The translations under genes were made by a program, and so were the position numbers. From Isurus oxyrinchus (Eukaryota), in contig JANJGN010000039.1 in assembly GCA_026770705.1 (NCBI GenBank), positions 10,540,001 to 10,604,000 of the forward strand: a stretch of 64,000 bases of DNA, given 5' to 3'. Within the stretch, counting starts at the first letter, position 1. The number at the start of each line of letters is the position of its first letter. Below are positions 37,630 to 51,286 of this stretch, in pieces. The notes under the pieces were generated by a model, which worked only from the letters and a program-made list of their open reading frames with translations, ran no database searches and was not told where the DNA came from.

Positions 37630-39691
37630 GAGGTGATGGGCTGTTTCCAAAGCAGCTACTGATATTCCAATTTGGAGGGAGATTTTCATTTTGAAGCGAT
37701 AGTTACACAGTTTGCCTGCACAATGCAAACGATTAACTTCCACCGGTTTAAACGGGATGTATCTTCTTTCCTGAAACTCGCTACATGGCGTCAGATCTTC
37801 CCGTTTCCCAGAGGCACAGATGATTCTTCCTCGCTGTTTCCCTCGTTTGGTCACTCGCACTGTCTCGCAAAGAATCCGCAAGTAATTCCAGTCGTCCATC
37901 TGCTTCAGACGCCCATCTCCTGCAGCCACACTCCCCGCTCCATTTCGGTATTCCACAGAAACTAAGTCAAAGTATCAGATACAAGACTTCACATGTAACC
38001 GGTAAATAAAGACGTGTCTTTATACATTTCCAATCAGCAACGTAAGTAAATTTGTCAGATACAATGTTTACAAATCTCCGGATGTTGCTCTCTGCATTGT
38101 AAGTCCTTCTCGGTCCCTCTACAGAGATAAAGGCTTAGAGCAGCTGCAGGATCCACGGACGCAAGCGGCGCAATGCAAAATGGAAAAAAAAAGTATTGAA
38201 TTTCCATGGTCAGTTTTCAGCACAGAAATAAAACAGGGCGCTCGATCGAAGTGTTAAAATCCGGAATTGCATGAACCCTGTCGTTGCAGCCGTGTGGACC
38301 AGAAGAATGGGGTGATGTCAGCGGCGCAGCGGCTACATGTGAATAGCGTGTGTTTGATGCAGTGTATCCGAGACTATTGGATAGGATTTCCACAAGGTTG
38401 TTTTCGTTTCAGACTGAATGTTAACTGCCTAAAGAGGAGTGCAGAAATGTGGTGAGGAGAGCCTGCGTACGGCAAGTTATGCAAATATGTTCGAACAAAG
38501 CTGAAAAATGAACGTTTTGAAGAAGTGCCCCACGGACTCGTAAAGTAAACTATTTCTTTTCTTCCACAGATGCTCTCAGGCCCGCTGATTATTTTCCAAC
38601 TATTTGGGTTTCAATCAAAATTGACCGGTTTTCTCGACCAGTCATCATTTCTGACATCTGCGCTTCACACTTGGGACAGACCCTCTTAGTCTGGAGGAAC
38701 AAGCCATTCATAACTTGAACTGCTGGCAAAGCTAAATCGAATAGTTTATTTCAGCATCAAGCACAGTGTATTCTGAAGAGGTTATAGAGCGGCGTTCAAA
38801 ATCCAGGCACATTTTGGTGGTCAGAACTTCAGTTGAAGAAGGGTCAGTTACCAGGCGCCAAAGATTTGATGCGTTGCTGACAGAACCAGGGGCTTTTTGC
38901 CAAAACCTTGTTTTTACACATGAGTACCTTGGCCTTTAGAGGAAACCGCATGCAAGGTTGCTGCTTTTTTCGCCTTGATTTTTTATGTGCAGAAGGAAAG
39001 TGTGCACATACCATAAGTAATGTACAAATTCAGGAATGACGTGAACGAAGTTTGGAACGCGATTAATTGAGTATCGCTTGAAATAAGATTTTATTTTTCC
39101 TATTTATTGCATTTAATGGACATTTGCGTGCCTTCAAATGCTATTTCTTTACTGAGTTCGCTACATGGGAGCTCATCGAAACGCATTGTGTACATTTCGG
39201 TTGACACTCTGGCCATGACAAGCCTATTTCAGGCCTAAGCAGCATCTGGTACAGGCGCCGTACCTGCTTAGAAGGTGTAGTCCTCAGTTAGCAGTGGATT
39301 ATCAATCGTGAGCGGGATGTGAAGTATGTCCGGATCAGTGATTATTGCAAAATCTTTCAAAACTTTTGCTGCCGCCATCTCTTAAAGTCTGTTTTTTTTA
39401 ATTAAAGTGCCCTGGATAAACAGGGTGATGCGTTATTTTGGGTAAACGTTTCGACGCTCACAACGTGGAAGAAGACAGAATGATGGCGGAAATGGCCGTT
39501 GATCACAGGTGATACTGAGAACCAGAACTGTCCAGAAATTTTGCTCATGGTCCCTCTTTTCAAATCTGCCTTCTGTCCGAAAGGCTGTGCAGATGCCCTT
39601 TCGGTCGATCACCACGTGGAAATGTAAACCGGTTTGCGAATCAATAGGGTGAGCTCGCTTTGCACCTCGCACAACGCGAGGAAGGACTTGT

Positions 39692-39762
39692 CTCTCCGTC
39701 GCTGAACTGAACCCCGGTCTCCCGTGTGGAAGCTGGGATAGTCCACAATACACTAAGGAAAA
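39692..39762 (-). pseudogene. Strongly decayed tRNA-Asp copy
   Basis: ctctccgtcgctgaactgaaccccggtctcccgtgtggaagctgggatagtccacaatacactaagga; T-arm recognisable, anticodon loop destroyed; same flanks as the other copies. Confidence 0.75.
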
Positions 39763-39859
39763 CAGGCCTGCCGCTGCATTCCACAGGAGTCAGAGATTCC
39801 ACTTTGCCGTTGGATTTCCATTTTCTAGCAACATTTACCCAGTTTGCCCGCACAGATCT

Positions 39860-40016
39860 GAATCTGAGACCAATAGATTAGGAAGTTCCAACAATGTATT
39901 TGAATTTGAGAACAACAGTATGAAATGTTGCAACAATACATTCGAATCTGAGATCAATTGGTTTGAATGTTACCACAATGCAGTCGATCTGGGAATAGAG
40001 TTGAATGTTCAAACAA
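39860..40016 (+). repeat. Small degenerate 42-bp tandem repeat (~3.7 units, 21-bp sub-period)
   Basis: gaatctgag 39860, gaatttgag 39902, gaatctgag 39944, gatctggg 39986. Confidence 0.75.
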
Positions 40017-40379
40017 GGGACATCGGATTATCTTACATATTTAACGTTATTTCTGCAGATGATTAGTCGATAACTAAGCCGAATGGATCCATTTCGGACT
40101 AGTTTTTAGTTACATGTCTTAGTTATCGTGGCTATTCTTTGTGGCCCAAAAAGAAACTCTGCTCAGTGAGTAATTGTATGGACGATGCTAGACGCTGTTA
40201 CTCTTGTAGCCATTGAATCCGCCCTGTTTTGTATTTTTTTCTGAAACTCTGCGTTCAGTTATTAACTCGACAACTCATTCTAAACTTACTGATGATCTCG
40301 TTAGCTCGCTTTCCCACCATTGCTTTGGCGCACTTCCCGTTAATTCATTATATCCAGATGCTATGTCTTAAAAGCCATG

Positions 40380-40860
40380 ATTCATTGCCTTACAGTACGT
40401 GATGCTGAAGTTTGGGAAGATGGCGAGCATATTCCTCATTTCTAAGCAGTAACGGTTCCTGAACCAGTGTCTGGCCAATATCTGATGCTGAATCAGACAG
40501 GTCAGAACCTCTGCCAGCTACATGACCCTGATTGACATGCGCCTCCATATCATCAGATTCACCCAATGCTTTTCTCTCGATCCCCAACATTATATCAGAA
40601 CATCTACTCCCGATCATCTGCTGCTCAAGGCCTCTACTGTCCTTTTGGGAAATCAAGGCTCAACGTTTCTAATTATTTTCCTCGTAACACCCAGTTTACG
40701 AATCTGTATGGTCAAAACTCATCTTAAGATCTGCTGCCTATATCCGAAATCTCACGAAACCTCATTCCTCAATCTCCCTTGTGCTCACTGACCTCTTTCG
40801 CTCTGGAAACAACTTAACAATAATATAAACATTAAATTTATCAAATTCAACCATGCGGGC
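40380..40860 (+). mobile_element. L2-like LINE ORF2 C-terminal fragment
   Basis: tctgctgcctatatc..ctcccttgtgctcactgacctc.. corresponds to the L2 NSAARIL..SPITPVLADLHWL segment. Confidence 0.6.
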
Positions 40861-40864
40861 ACGA

Positions 40865-42470
40865 TTAAGAACATTTGAACACGGAAAGTATGAGCAGACG
40901 TAGGCTATTTCGCCCATCGAGCCTTCTCCAACTTTCATTAAGTTCTTGGATAATCTTTTATATTCGAGTTCCAAAATCCCAACCAACACCATAACCTTTG
41001 ATTCACTTTCTTTGACCCCTATATTGACCCCTATCTTAACAATATTCAGTGATCGAACCTCCACCGCTTTCTAAGTCAGAGAGTTCCAAAGTTTTGTAAA
41101 CCTCGAGGAGAAACAAACAACAAAATAACACAAACTGATCAACTCTGTCCTAAAAGGGCAAACCTTTTTTTTTAAATAAATGTCTCCAAATGCAGGGTTC
41201 ACCCAAAACATGAAATATGGTTTCCCACCGCCTTGTCAAAAGCTTTCAGGTACCCATACACTTCAATTATTTCACCCTGCCCTCCTCTAAAATGCTGTGC
41301 AGTCAAGTCCCATCTTCCTAACCTTTCCTCACAAGACATCCCATTCATTCCAGGAGACAACCTACTGAGCCTTCTCTGAAGCGCCTTCATGCAAACACAT
41401 CCTCCCATATCAATGGAATTCAAAACGAGACATAATATTCCAGATTTCCTGTTTTCCATACCCCTGTCTTCCTGAATAGTGAAGTTAATGTCGTGCTCAC
41501 AGTGGAATGAAATGTTTCCAGAAACTAGGCAATATGGGAATTTTAACAATAATACATTTACTACCTCATTAGTCACCTCTTTTATGATCCGAGGATGATG
41601 TTCCTGCGGACCCTGAGATGTGTCTGCCTGCAGCTCCAAAAGTGTGTTCACGACCTCTTTCCGAGTGATTGCAATTTCACTAAGTTTCGGTTTCCCTTTC
41701 CTCTCCTGCTTTATAGCTGTTATTGGAACACTTGTGTTACTTGTGTGCTGAACACAGAAATAAAATATGCCTGCATTTCATCCGTTATTTCCTTATTAGC
41801 TAATATTGACTCCCTTTTTAACTCAGAATGGGAGTATCACTCCCTTCAATTACTCTTTTCGGAAATGTCTGTTGAAAGTGTTTTTATCCGTTTTACATTT
41901 CTAACTCCCCTAATACTCTAATTTCTTATTTCTGATAAACAATTAGTCATTCCTTGATGTTCCTTTTTTTCTGGCCAATCATCTGACCAGGCAGCAAACT
42001 TTGCACGGTCTATTGCGTTTTCCATCAGCTGGATGCTTTCCCTAACTTTTTTAGTTATCCGTGGATGGTGGGTCCTCCCTTAAGATTCGTCCTGCACAGC
42101 AGGGATATACTTATTCTGAGTATTCATAAATGCCTCAATAACTGTCAGCCAGTGCTACCCCTTTGATCTATCCACTAGCCTAATATCACCGTTCAATTCA
42201 GCTCACTCAGCATTCAAACTTATTTGTCCATATTGAAGCTTAAGTACCAGTCTTAGACAGACTCTTCTCCATTCGAATCTGGAGGTGAATTTCAATCATA
42301 TTGTGCTCGCTGCTACCTAGGAGTGCCTTAACTCTGAAGCCATTAACTGAAACTTTGAAAATGCAAACAGAAAACAAATCTAATATAACCGGTTGTTTCC
42401 AATATGTGCTGCTAAGTATACATATCACTGTCTCTCTCTATATATATATACATATGCGTGCTGAAACCCC
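40865..42470 (-). mobile_element. Antisense CR1 LINE, internally deleted and decayed
   Basis: ORF 41199-41651 contains SQGPQEHHPRIIKEV and KALQRRLSRLSPGMNGMSCEERLGR; CR1 3' UTR complement at ~40870-40940. Confidence 0.85.
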
Positions 42471-42519
42471 TGTTATCTTCTGACAACTTTACTCCACCAC
42501 CATGGATCACCCATTCCTC

Positions 42520-43060
42520 ATGGTTGTATGTGTCAGCGACACCCGACACAGCTTCCACTTAGTTACTGTCATGTCATGAAAAACTACCAATAACAAAAAA
42601 AAATTAACATCGATATCTTGCAACATATGCAATTCTACAAGAGAAGCATAATTTTCCAAACTTGTGTAATCCATTAAGGCCTGGATTGAACATTCCAACG
42701 ACGTGCTTATTGCTCCCAAAGAGTCATTTCCCACTGTTCCACGGCAATAGGCTGTGGGTACCAAATGACATCCCCCTGCTCCTGTCTGACAGGGTCGAAA
42801 ATGGAATGAATTGTGTTCCCCCTTTCCCTGTGTAAGAGGATCGACAGAGGCTGAATGCCTCCTCCTGCTCGTCTGTAACAAGCACAAGAAGGACTGAATA
42901 GACTTCTTCTTTTTCTGTGAAACTGGCTCGAGGCATTCTATACCTATTACATTTCAATTCAAAATACCCGACGTTCAGAATGACCTTGTCCTGTTCCTGT
43001 GTAAAAGGCTGAAAGTTGCTGAATGGCTCTTACAATCAATATAATGACTCGAGAGTAGAG
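42520..43060 (-). pseudogene. Third SAMD9-like relic (STAND NTPase region), triplicated with segment A (also ~47484-48025 and ~52445-52986)
   Basis: Ordered minus-strand peptides AFYTGTG (DFYRGG), ASFTEKEEVYSVL (SPFVKRDKYERL), TGAGG / FGTHSLLPWN (GCGGTTLAMHILWE), VELHMLQDID (VLLLVDDFE), across frameshifts. Confidence 0.45.
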
Positions 43061-43659
43061 ACAAAACAATTATTCATCTACCTTTGCTGGTTATATAGAC
43101 CTTTGGAGAAAGGTAAGCTGAGGGGGAGAACAAAAAGGTTGCAGAGAGATATCGAAAGATGAATTTTGCTGTCCATATGATGTTAGCTGAAGTGTCATGT
43201 GTCGAGGTGTGAAGTCATTGACTTCCCCCCTAGTACAATGAAAGCAGAGCATAATATATAAAATGTGTGAAACGTGAAGGCTTGCGTGTAAAGAAATCAA
43301 TTAAGAGGGCAGATGACACGTTGACATTATTTGTAAGTGGATTAGAGTACAGGAGTATATATATATATTGTTTTTAATTAGGGAAAAATTAAGATTTGAA
43401 TATAGCGCTTAGCGGCTGGAGTAGATCGCTTCTATCCTGCTCCACTCTTCATTAAGTTCATAACTGACCTGCCAACTCTCTGTACTTCAACTTCAGACAT
43501 GGTCCATAACCCATAACATATTGCTCTACCAAAAATCTTTCTATCTCTACGTTGAATAAATTCCATGACATTTCCTTCATGGTTTACTACCAGAATGCCA
43601 CATAATGACGAAAAGTATGAAAAAATACGCACCTCATTTACATGCTATATATTTATTAT

Positions 43660-44187
43660 TATTTTACGGGATTTTGGCATCGCTGCGTATGCAGCCATTT
43701 ACTGCCCGTCCTAATTACCCTTGAGAAGCTGCTGGGGAGCTACATTCTTGAACCATGGCTCTGCATGTGGTGCAGATAAAACCACAGTTCAGTTAGGGAG
43801 GTAGCTCCATGGTCTCACCCAGCGACAATGAGGGAAAGGTGAGAGTCACAAGCCAGGACAGCGAGTGACGGGGAGGAAAACTTGCAAGTGCTGTTGTTCC
43901 CATGTGCCTGCTGTTCTTGTCATTCTAGATGGCAGCTGTTCTGGATTTGGGATTTACTGTCTAAGATAGAGCGGTCTGCTACTGAGGAAAATATTGTAGC
44001 TTGTGCGCACTGCTGTCTCTCTTTGTCGGTAGTGCAGGGTGTGCACGCTTATTGAAGGCTGCCAATCAAGCTTTGTGGTGGATGGTTTTGAGGTTCCTGA
44101 GCAGCATTCCTCCGGGATCTCCTGAGCTGTGCATTGCAGATGGTGGCCAAGCATTGGGGGAGTCAGGTCGTGAGTTAATCGCCACAG
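43660..44187 (-). mobile_element. CR1-group LINE 3' end sharing its tail with the Deu-SINE; cut at the A/B junction
   Basis: gggattttggcatcgctg..catttactgcccgtcctaattacccttgagaag is the antisense of the SINE-like tail; the element continues only in copy 3 (past 54105). Confidence 0.8.
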
Positions 44188-46325
44188 CTTTGTGAGCATA
44201 CTGACAATCTGTACCCACTATTATTGCAGTGATATCCACTGGCAATGTAAACTTAATGAAAGGTTCCAAATCAACTGGTATAAAGACAGGCCTCAGCTCT
44301 TTAAACATACAGACAGTCTCCCTACCCTACTACTAGAGTGAAAGAACCCTGGTTCTATCTTATTACCTATATTCCAGCCTCTCTCAAGCTATATTGACTA
44401 TATAGGCCCCCGGCTCTTTGTCTATACTGACAGTCTCCCCACTCTTTTACTAAAGTGACAGGCCATCAGATCTGTAAACATACTGATAACCTCCCCACTC
44501 TCTTAATATAGTGACAGGCTCCCGGCTCTGTAAACATACTGAAGGTTTCCCCACTCTATTGCTAAAGTAACTTGCAGCCAGCTCTGTAAAAGTACTGACT
44601 GTGTTCCCCACCATATAGATATTGTGATAGGCTCAAACTCTGTAAACATTCTGAAAGTCTCTGCACTCTATTACTATATTGACAGTCCCGCGGGTCTATG
44701 AAGATACCCACTCTCTTACTACATACTGACAGTCACCCTAGTCTATTGTTGTATTGAGAGACTCCCTGCATTGTAAACATTCTGACAGTCTCAACACTCT
44801 ATTACTTTAGAGACAAGCTCCCGGATCGGTAAAATTACTGATGGTCCATCCTCTCTATTATTTAGTGACAGGCAGTGTAAATGTGCTGATAGTCTATTCA
44901 CTATATCCCTGTAGTGATAGCCGCCTGCTCTTTAAATAGACTGGCAACCTCCCCAGTGTATTACGAAAGTTAAAGGCCCACATCTCTGTCACCTGATTGG
45001 CATACGCCCCACTCTAATACGACAGTGACAGGGCACCTTTCTGTAAACTTAGTAACAGGACAACCCAACCATAACTCTCCAATTCTATAGTGACTGGCCC
45101 CCTCCACTGTCACCTGAATGACATACTCCTCTCTGTAATATGTTTGTGACAGGGTACATTTCTGTAACCTGAGTGACAACGAAGCCCAAACACTGCCATC
45201 AGCCCTGTAAAAATACTGGCAGTCTCTCCACACTCTATTAAATTATTGACTGACCCCAGGCTCTGTAAAGTTATTGACAGTCTCCCTATGCCATTAAAAT
45301 AGCGAAAGGCCGTGGTTCCATAAACATATTGACAATCGACCCACTCTCTTAGTATGGTGACAGTCTCCCAGATCTATAAATATACTGACAACTCCACATG
45401 CTATTAATACAGTCATAGCAATACCCATCACGACTCCTCACACCCACAGTCCCAGACTATTCCTAGAGTGACAGGCCCCCATGATTTGTAACCTGAGTGG
45501 CAGTCCGCCCACTCTATTGTGATGTTGACAGCAACTGCGTCTTTAACTATAGTGACAGTGGTCCCCACCTCCACCCACTGTATTGCCCGTGCAAAGGGTC
45601 CAGCCATTATGATCACAGATTCGACACTCAATCACTAGGTGAGTGGCGCCCGGGACTTGGCACATGAGTGACAGTCTCCACAATAAATTGCTGTACTGAC
45701 TGGCCCAGCCCATCTAACCAGACTGATAGTCTCGCCAATCAGCTACAATACTGACTACCCCATGATTTTTGACCTGAGTGACAGTCTCCACAATCAGTTA
45801 TGATACTGAGAGGCCCCTGGCTCCTCAACTTGAGTGACACTATTATTAGTTTGTTTCTCTAATGAATGACCCATGATTTTGTATCCGAACTGACAGTCTC
45901 ATCAATTATTTATGTTACTGACAGGCCCCTACTCTGTGACCAGAGTGAGAGTGTCCGAAATCAATTCTTATAGTGACAGGATCCCTGCTCTGTTATCTAA
46001 GTAACAGCTACCCACCCGCCCATCCACTTCCCAGTCATTTGCTGTACTGACAGGCCCCTGGTTCTGTTGCCAGCGTGACAGTCTCCCCAATCTATTGCCA
46101 GTTGACTGGATCTGGCGCTGTAACCTGATTGACAGTTTCCCCATATAATTGCGAAACATGAATGACACCCGGCTCAGTAGCCTGAATACAGTCTCCACAA
46201 CCAATGAGCACACAGGCTGTCACTTGGTTCTGTAGCCTGAGTGACAGTCTACCCAACATATTAATATACTGAGAGGCCCCCGGCTTAGGGTCCTGAGTGA
46301 CAGTCTCCACAATAAATTGCTCTGC
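44185..46325 (+). repeat. Segment B copy 1: templated copy of satellite interval 28823-30964
   Basis: Base-for-base match with few substitutions; ORFs 29609/30067/30607 recur at +15361. Confidence 0.97.
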
Positions 46326-49152
46326 CTACTGAGCCTTCTCTGAAGCGCCTTCATGCAAACACATCCTCCCATATCAATGGAATTCAAAACGAGACATAAT
46401 ATTCCAGATTTCCTGTTTTCCATACCCCTGTCTTCCTGAATAGTGAAGTTAATGTCGTGCTCACAGTGGAATGAAATGTTTCCAGAAACTAGGCAATATG
46501 GGAATTTTAACAATAATACATTTACTACCTCATTAGTCACCTCTTTTATGATCCGAGGATGATGTTCCTGCGGACCCTGAGATGTATCTGCCTGCAGCTC
46601 CAAAAGTGTGTTCACGACCTCTTTCCGAGTGATTGCAATTTCACTAAGTTTCGGTTTCCCTTTCCTCTCCTGCTTTATAGCTGTTATTGGAACACTTGTG
46701 TTACTTGTGTGCTGAACACAGAAATAAAATATGCCTGCATTTCATCCGTTATTTCCTTATTAGCTAATATTGACTCCCTTTTTAACTCAGAATGGGAGTA
46801 TCACTCCCTTCAATTACTCTTTTCGGAAATGTCTGTTGAAAGTGTTTTTATCCGTTTTACATTTCTAACTCCCCTAATACTCTAATTTCTTATTTCTGAT
46901 AAACAATTAGTCATTCCTTGATGTTCCTTTTTTTCTGGCCAATCATCTGACCAGGCAGCAAACTTTGCACGGTCTATTGCGTTTTCCATCAGCTGGATGC
47001 TTTCCCTAACTTTTTTAGTTATCCGTGGATGGTGGGTCCTCCCTTAAGATTCGTCCTGCACAGCAGGGATATACTTATTCTGAGTATTCATAAATGCCTC
47101 AATAACTGTCAGCCAGTGCTACCCCTTTGATCTATCCACTAGCCTAATATCACCGTTCAATTCAGCTCACTCAGCATTCAAACTTATTTGTCCATATTGA
47201 AGCTTAAGTACCAGTCTTAGACAGACTCTTCTCCATTCGAATCTGGAGGTGAATTTCAATCATATTGTGCTCGCTGCTACCTAGGAGTGCCTTAACTCTG
47301 AAGCCATTAACTGAAACTTTGAAAATGCAAACAGAAAACAAATCTAATATAACCGGTTGTTTCCAATATGTGCTGCTAAGTATACATATCACTGTCTCTC
47401 TCTATATATATATACATATGCGTGCTGAAACCCCTGTTATCTTCTGACAACTTTACTCCACCACCATGGATCACCCATTCCTCATGGTTGTATGTGTCAG
47501 CGACACCCGACACAGCTTCCACTTAGTTACTGTCATGTCATGAAAAACTACCAATAACAAAAAAAAATTAACATCGATATCTTGCAACATATGCAATTCT
47601 ACAAGAGAAGCATAATTTTCCAAACTTGTGTAATCCATTAAGGCCTGGATTGAACATTCCAACGACGTGCTTATTGCTCCCAAAGAGTCATTTCCCACTG
47701 TTCCACGGCAATAGGCTGTGGGTACCAAATGACATCCCCCTGCTCCTGTCTGACAGGGTCGAAAATGGAATGAATTGTGTTCCCCCTTTCCCTGTGTAAG
47801 AGGATCGACAGAGGCTGAATGCCTTCCTCCTGCTCGTCTGTAACAAGCACAAGAAGGACTGAATAGACTTCTTCTTTTTCTGTGAAACTGGCTCGAGGCA
47901 TTCTATACCTATTACATTTCAATTCAAAATACCCGACGTTCAGAATGACCTTGTCCTGTTCCTGTGTAAAAGGCTGAAAGTTGCTGAATGGCTCTTACAA
48001 TCAATATAATGACTCGGGAGTAGAGACAAAACAATTATTCATCTACCTTTGCTGGTTATATAGACCTTTGGAGAAAGGTAAGCTGAGGGGGAGAACAAAA
48101 AGGTTGCAGAGAGATATCGAAAGATGAATTTTGCTGTCCATATGATGTTAGCTGAAGTGTCATGTGTCGAGGTGTGAAGTCATTGACTTCCCCCCTAGTA
48201 CAATGAAAGCAGAGCATAATGTATAAAATGTGTGAAACGTGAAGGCTTGCGTGTAAAGAAATCAATTAAGAGGGCAGATGACACGTTGACATTATTTGTA
48301 AGTGGATTAGAGTACAGGAGTATATATATATATTGTTTTTAATTAGGGAAAAATTAAGATTTGAATATAGCGCTTAGCGGCTGGAGTAGATCGCTTCTAT
48401 CCTGCTCCACTCTTCATTAAGTTCATAACTGACCTGCCAACTCTCTGTACTTCAACTTCAGACATGGTCCATAACCCATAACATATTGCTCTACCAAAAA
48501 TCTTTCTATCTCTACGTTGAATAAATTCCATGACATTTCCTTCATGGTTTACTACCAGAATGCCACATAATGACGAAAAGTATGAAAAAATACGCACCTC
48601 ATTTACATGCTATATATTTATTATTATTTTACGGGATTTTGGCATCGCTGCGTATGCAGCCATTTACTGCCCGTCCTAATTACCCTTGAGAAGCTGCTGG
48701 GGAGCTACATTCTTGAGCCATGGCTCTACATGTGGTGCAGATAAAACCACAGTTCAGTTAGGGAGGTAGCTCCATGGTCTCACCCAGCGATAATGAAGGA
48801 AAGGTGAGAGTCCCAAGCCAGGACAGCGAGTGACGGGGAGGAAAACTTGCAAGTGCTGTTGTTCCCATGTGCCTGCTGTTCTTGTCATTCTAGATGGCAG
48901 CTGTTCTGGATTTGGGATTTACTGTCTAAGATAGAGCGGTCTGCTACTGAGGAAAATATTGTAGCTTGTGCGCACTGCTGTCTCTCTTTGTCGGTAGTGC
49001 AGGGTGTGCACGCTTATTGAAGGCTGCCAATCAAGCTTTGTGGTGGATGGTTTTGAGGTTCCTGAGCAGCATTCCTCCGGGATCTCCTGAGCTGTGCATT
49101 GCAGATGGTGGCCAAGCATTGGGGGAGTCAGGTCGTGAGTTAATCGCCACAG
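46325..49152. repeat. Segment A, copy 2
   Basis: Starts cctactgagcc as at 41361, ends ttaatcgccacag as at 44187. Confidence 0.97.
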
Positions 49153-51286
49153 CTTTGTGAGCATACTGACAATCTGTACCCACTATTATTGCAGTGATAT
49201 CCACTGGCAATGTAAACTTAATGAAAGGTTCCAAATCAACTGGTATAAAGACAGGCCTCAGCTCTTTAAACATACAGTCTCCCTACCCTACTACTAGAGT
49301 GAAAGAACCCTGGTTCTATCTTATTACCTATATTCCAGCCTCTCTCAAGCTATATTGACTATATAGGCCCCCGGCTCTTTGTCTATACTGACAGTCTCCC
49401 CACTCTTTTACTAAAGTGACAGGCCATCAGATCTGTAAACATACTGATAACCTCCCCACTCTCTTAATATAGTGACAGGCTCCCGGCTCTGTAAACATAC
49501 TGAAGGTTTCCCCACTCTATTGCTAAAGTAACTTGCAGCCAGCTCTGTAAAAGTACTGACTGTGTTCCCCACCATATAGATATTGTGATAGGCTCAAACT
49601 CTGTAAACATTCTGAAAGTCTCTGCACTCTATTACTATATTGACAGTCCCGCGGGTCTATGAAGATACCCACTCTCTTACTACATACTGACAGTCACCCT
49701 AGTCTATTGTTGTATTGAGAGACTCCCTGCATTGTAAACATTCTGACAGTCTCAACACTCTATTACTTTAGAGACAAGCTCCCGGATCGGTAAAATTACT
49801 GATGGTCCATCCTCTCTATTATTTAGTGACAGGCAGTGTAAATGTGCTGATAGTCTATTCACTATATCCCTGTAGTGATAGCCGCCTGCTCTTTAAATAG
49901 ACTGGCAACCTCCCCAGTGTATTACGAAAGTTAAAGGCCCACATCTCTGTCACCTGATTGGCATACGCCCCACTCTAATACGACAGTGACAGGGCACCTT
50001 TCTGTAAACTTAGTAACAGGACAACCCAACCATAACTCTCCAATTCTATAGTGACTGGCCCCCTCCACTGTCACCTGAATGACATACTCCTCTCTGTAAT
50101 ATGTTTGTGACAGGGTACATTTCTGTAACCTGAGTGACAACGAAGCCCAAACACTGCCATCAGCCCTGTAAAAATACTGGCAGTCTCTCCACACTCTATT
50201 AAATTATTGACTGACCCCAGGCTCTGTAAAGTTATTGACAGTCTCCCTATGCCATTAAAATAGCGAAAGGCCGTGGTTCCATAAACATATTGACAATCGA
50301 CCCACTCTCTTAGTATGGTGACAGTCTCCCAGATCTATAAATATACTGACAACTCCACATGCTATTAATACAGTCATAGCAATACCCATCACGACTCCTC
50401 ACACCCACAGTCCCAGACTATTCCTAGAGTGACAGGCCCCCATGATTTGTAACCTGAGTGGCAGTCCGCCCACTCTATTGTGATGTTGACAGCAACTGCG
50501 TCTTTAACTATAGTGACAGTGGCCCCCACCTCCACCCACTGTATTGCCCGTGCAAAGGGTCCAGCCATTATGATCACAGATTCGACACTCAATCACTAGG
50601 TGAGTGGCGCCCGGGACTTGGCACATGAGTGACAGTCTCCACAATAAATTGCTGTACTGACTGGCCCAGCCCATCTAACCAGACTGATAGTCTCGCCAAT
50701 CAGGTACAATACTGACTACCCCATGATTTTTGACCTGAGTGACAGTCTCCACAATCAGTTATGATACTGAGAGGCCCCTGGCTCCTCAACTTGAGTGACA
50801 CTATTATTAGTTTGTTTCTCTAATGAATGACCCATGATTTTGTATCCGAACTGACAGTCTCATCAATTATTTATGTTACTGACAGGCCCCTACTCTGTGA
50901 CCAGAGTGAGAGTGTCCGAAATCAATTCCTATAGTGACAGGATCCCTGCTCTGTTATCTAAGTAACAGCTACCCACCCGCCCATCCACTTCCCAGTCATT
51001 TGCTGTACTGACAGGCCCCTGGTTCTGTTGCCAGCGTGACAGTCTCCCCAATCTATTGCCAGTTGACTGGATCTGGCGCTGTAACCTGATTGACAGTTTC
51101 CCCATATAATTGCGAAACATGAATGACACCCGGCTCAGTAGCCTGAATACAGTCTCCACAACCAATGAGCACACAGGCTGTCACTTGGTTCTGTAGCCTG
51201 AGTGACAGTCTACCCAACATATTAATATACTGAGAGGCCCCCGGCTTAGGGTCCTGAGTGACAGTCTCCACAATAAATTGCTCTGC
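49150..51286 (+). repeat. Segment B copy 2
   Basis: Same junctions as B1; private 4-bp deletion (catacagacagtct > catacagtct at ~49271). Confidence 0.97.

Larger units (their letters stand above)
32455..39858. repeat. Diverged tandem macro-repeat (~2 kb unit, one truncated ~0.9 kb unit), each unit carrying a tRNA-Asp copy
   Basis: Shared blocks, e.g. ggcgctcgatcga (32929, 38237), agaaccagggg (33443, 36311, 38882), cagtttgcctgca (35325, 37708); tRNA right ends at 34317, 35248, 37629, ~39762. Confidence 0.85.
41361..44187. repeat. Segment A, copy 1 (original left flank)
   Basis: Near-identical to 46325-49152 and 51286-54105; ORF offsets 4964 and 4961. Confidence 0.97.

Noticed and set aside
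32455-39858. Functional link between SAMD9 AlbA_2 tRNase relics and the adjacent tRNA-Asp array (decoy/target pairing)
   Set aside because: Only proximity supports it; human SAMD9/9L are reported to cleave tRNA-Phe, both components here are decayed, and tDNA arrays are common in repeat-rich regions.
44185-46325. Segment B or the A+B unit as a transposon or Helitron
   Set aside because: No TIR, LTR, TSD, poly-A or Helitron-type TC..CTRR ends; junctions show microhomology and cut through pre-existing LINEs.
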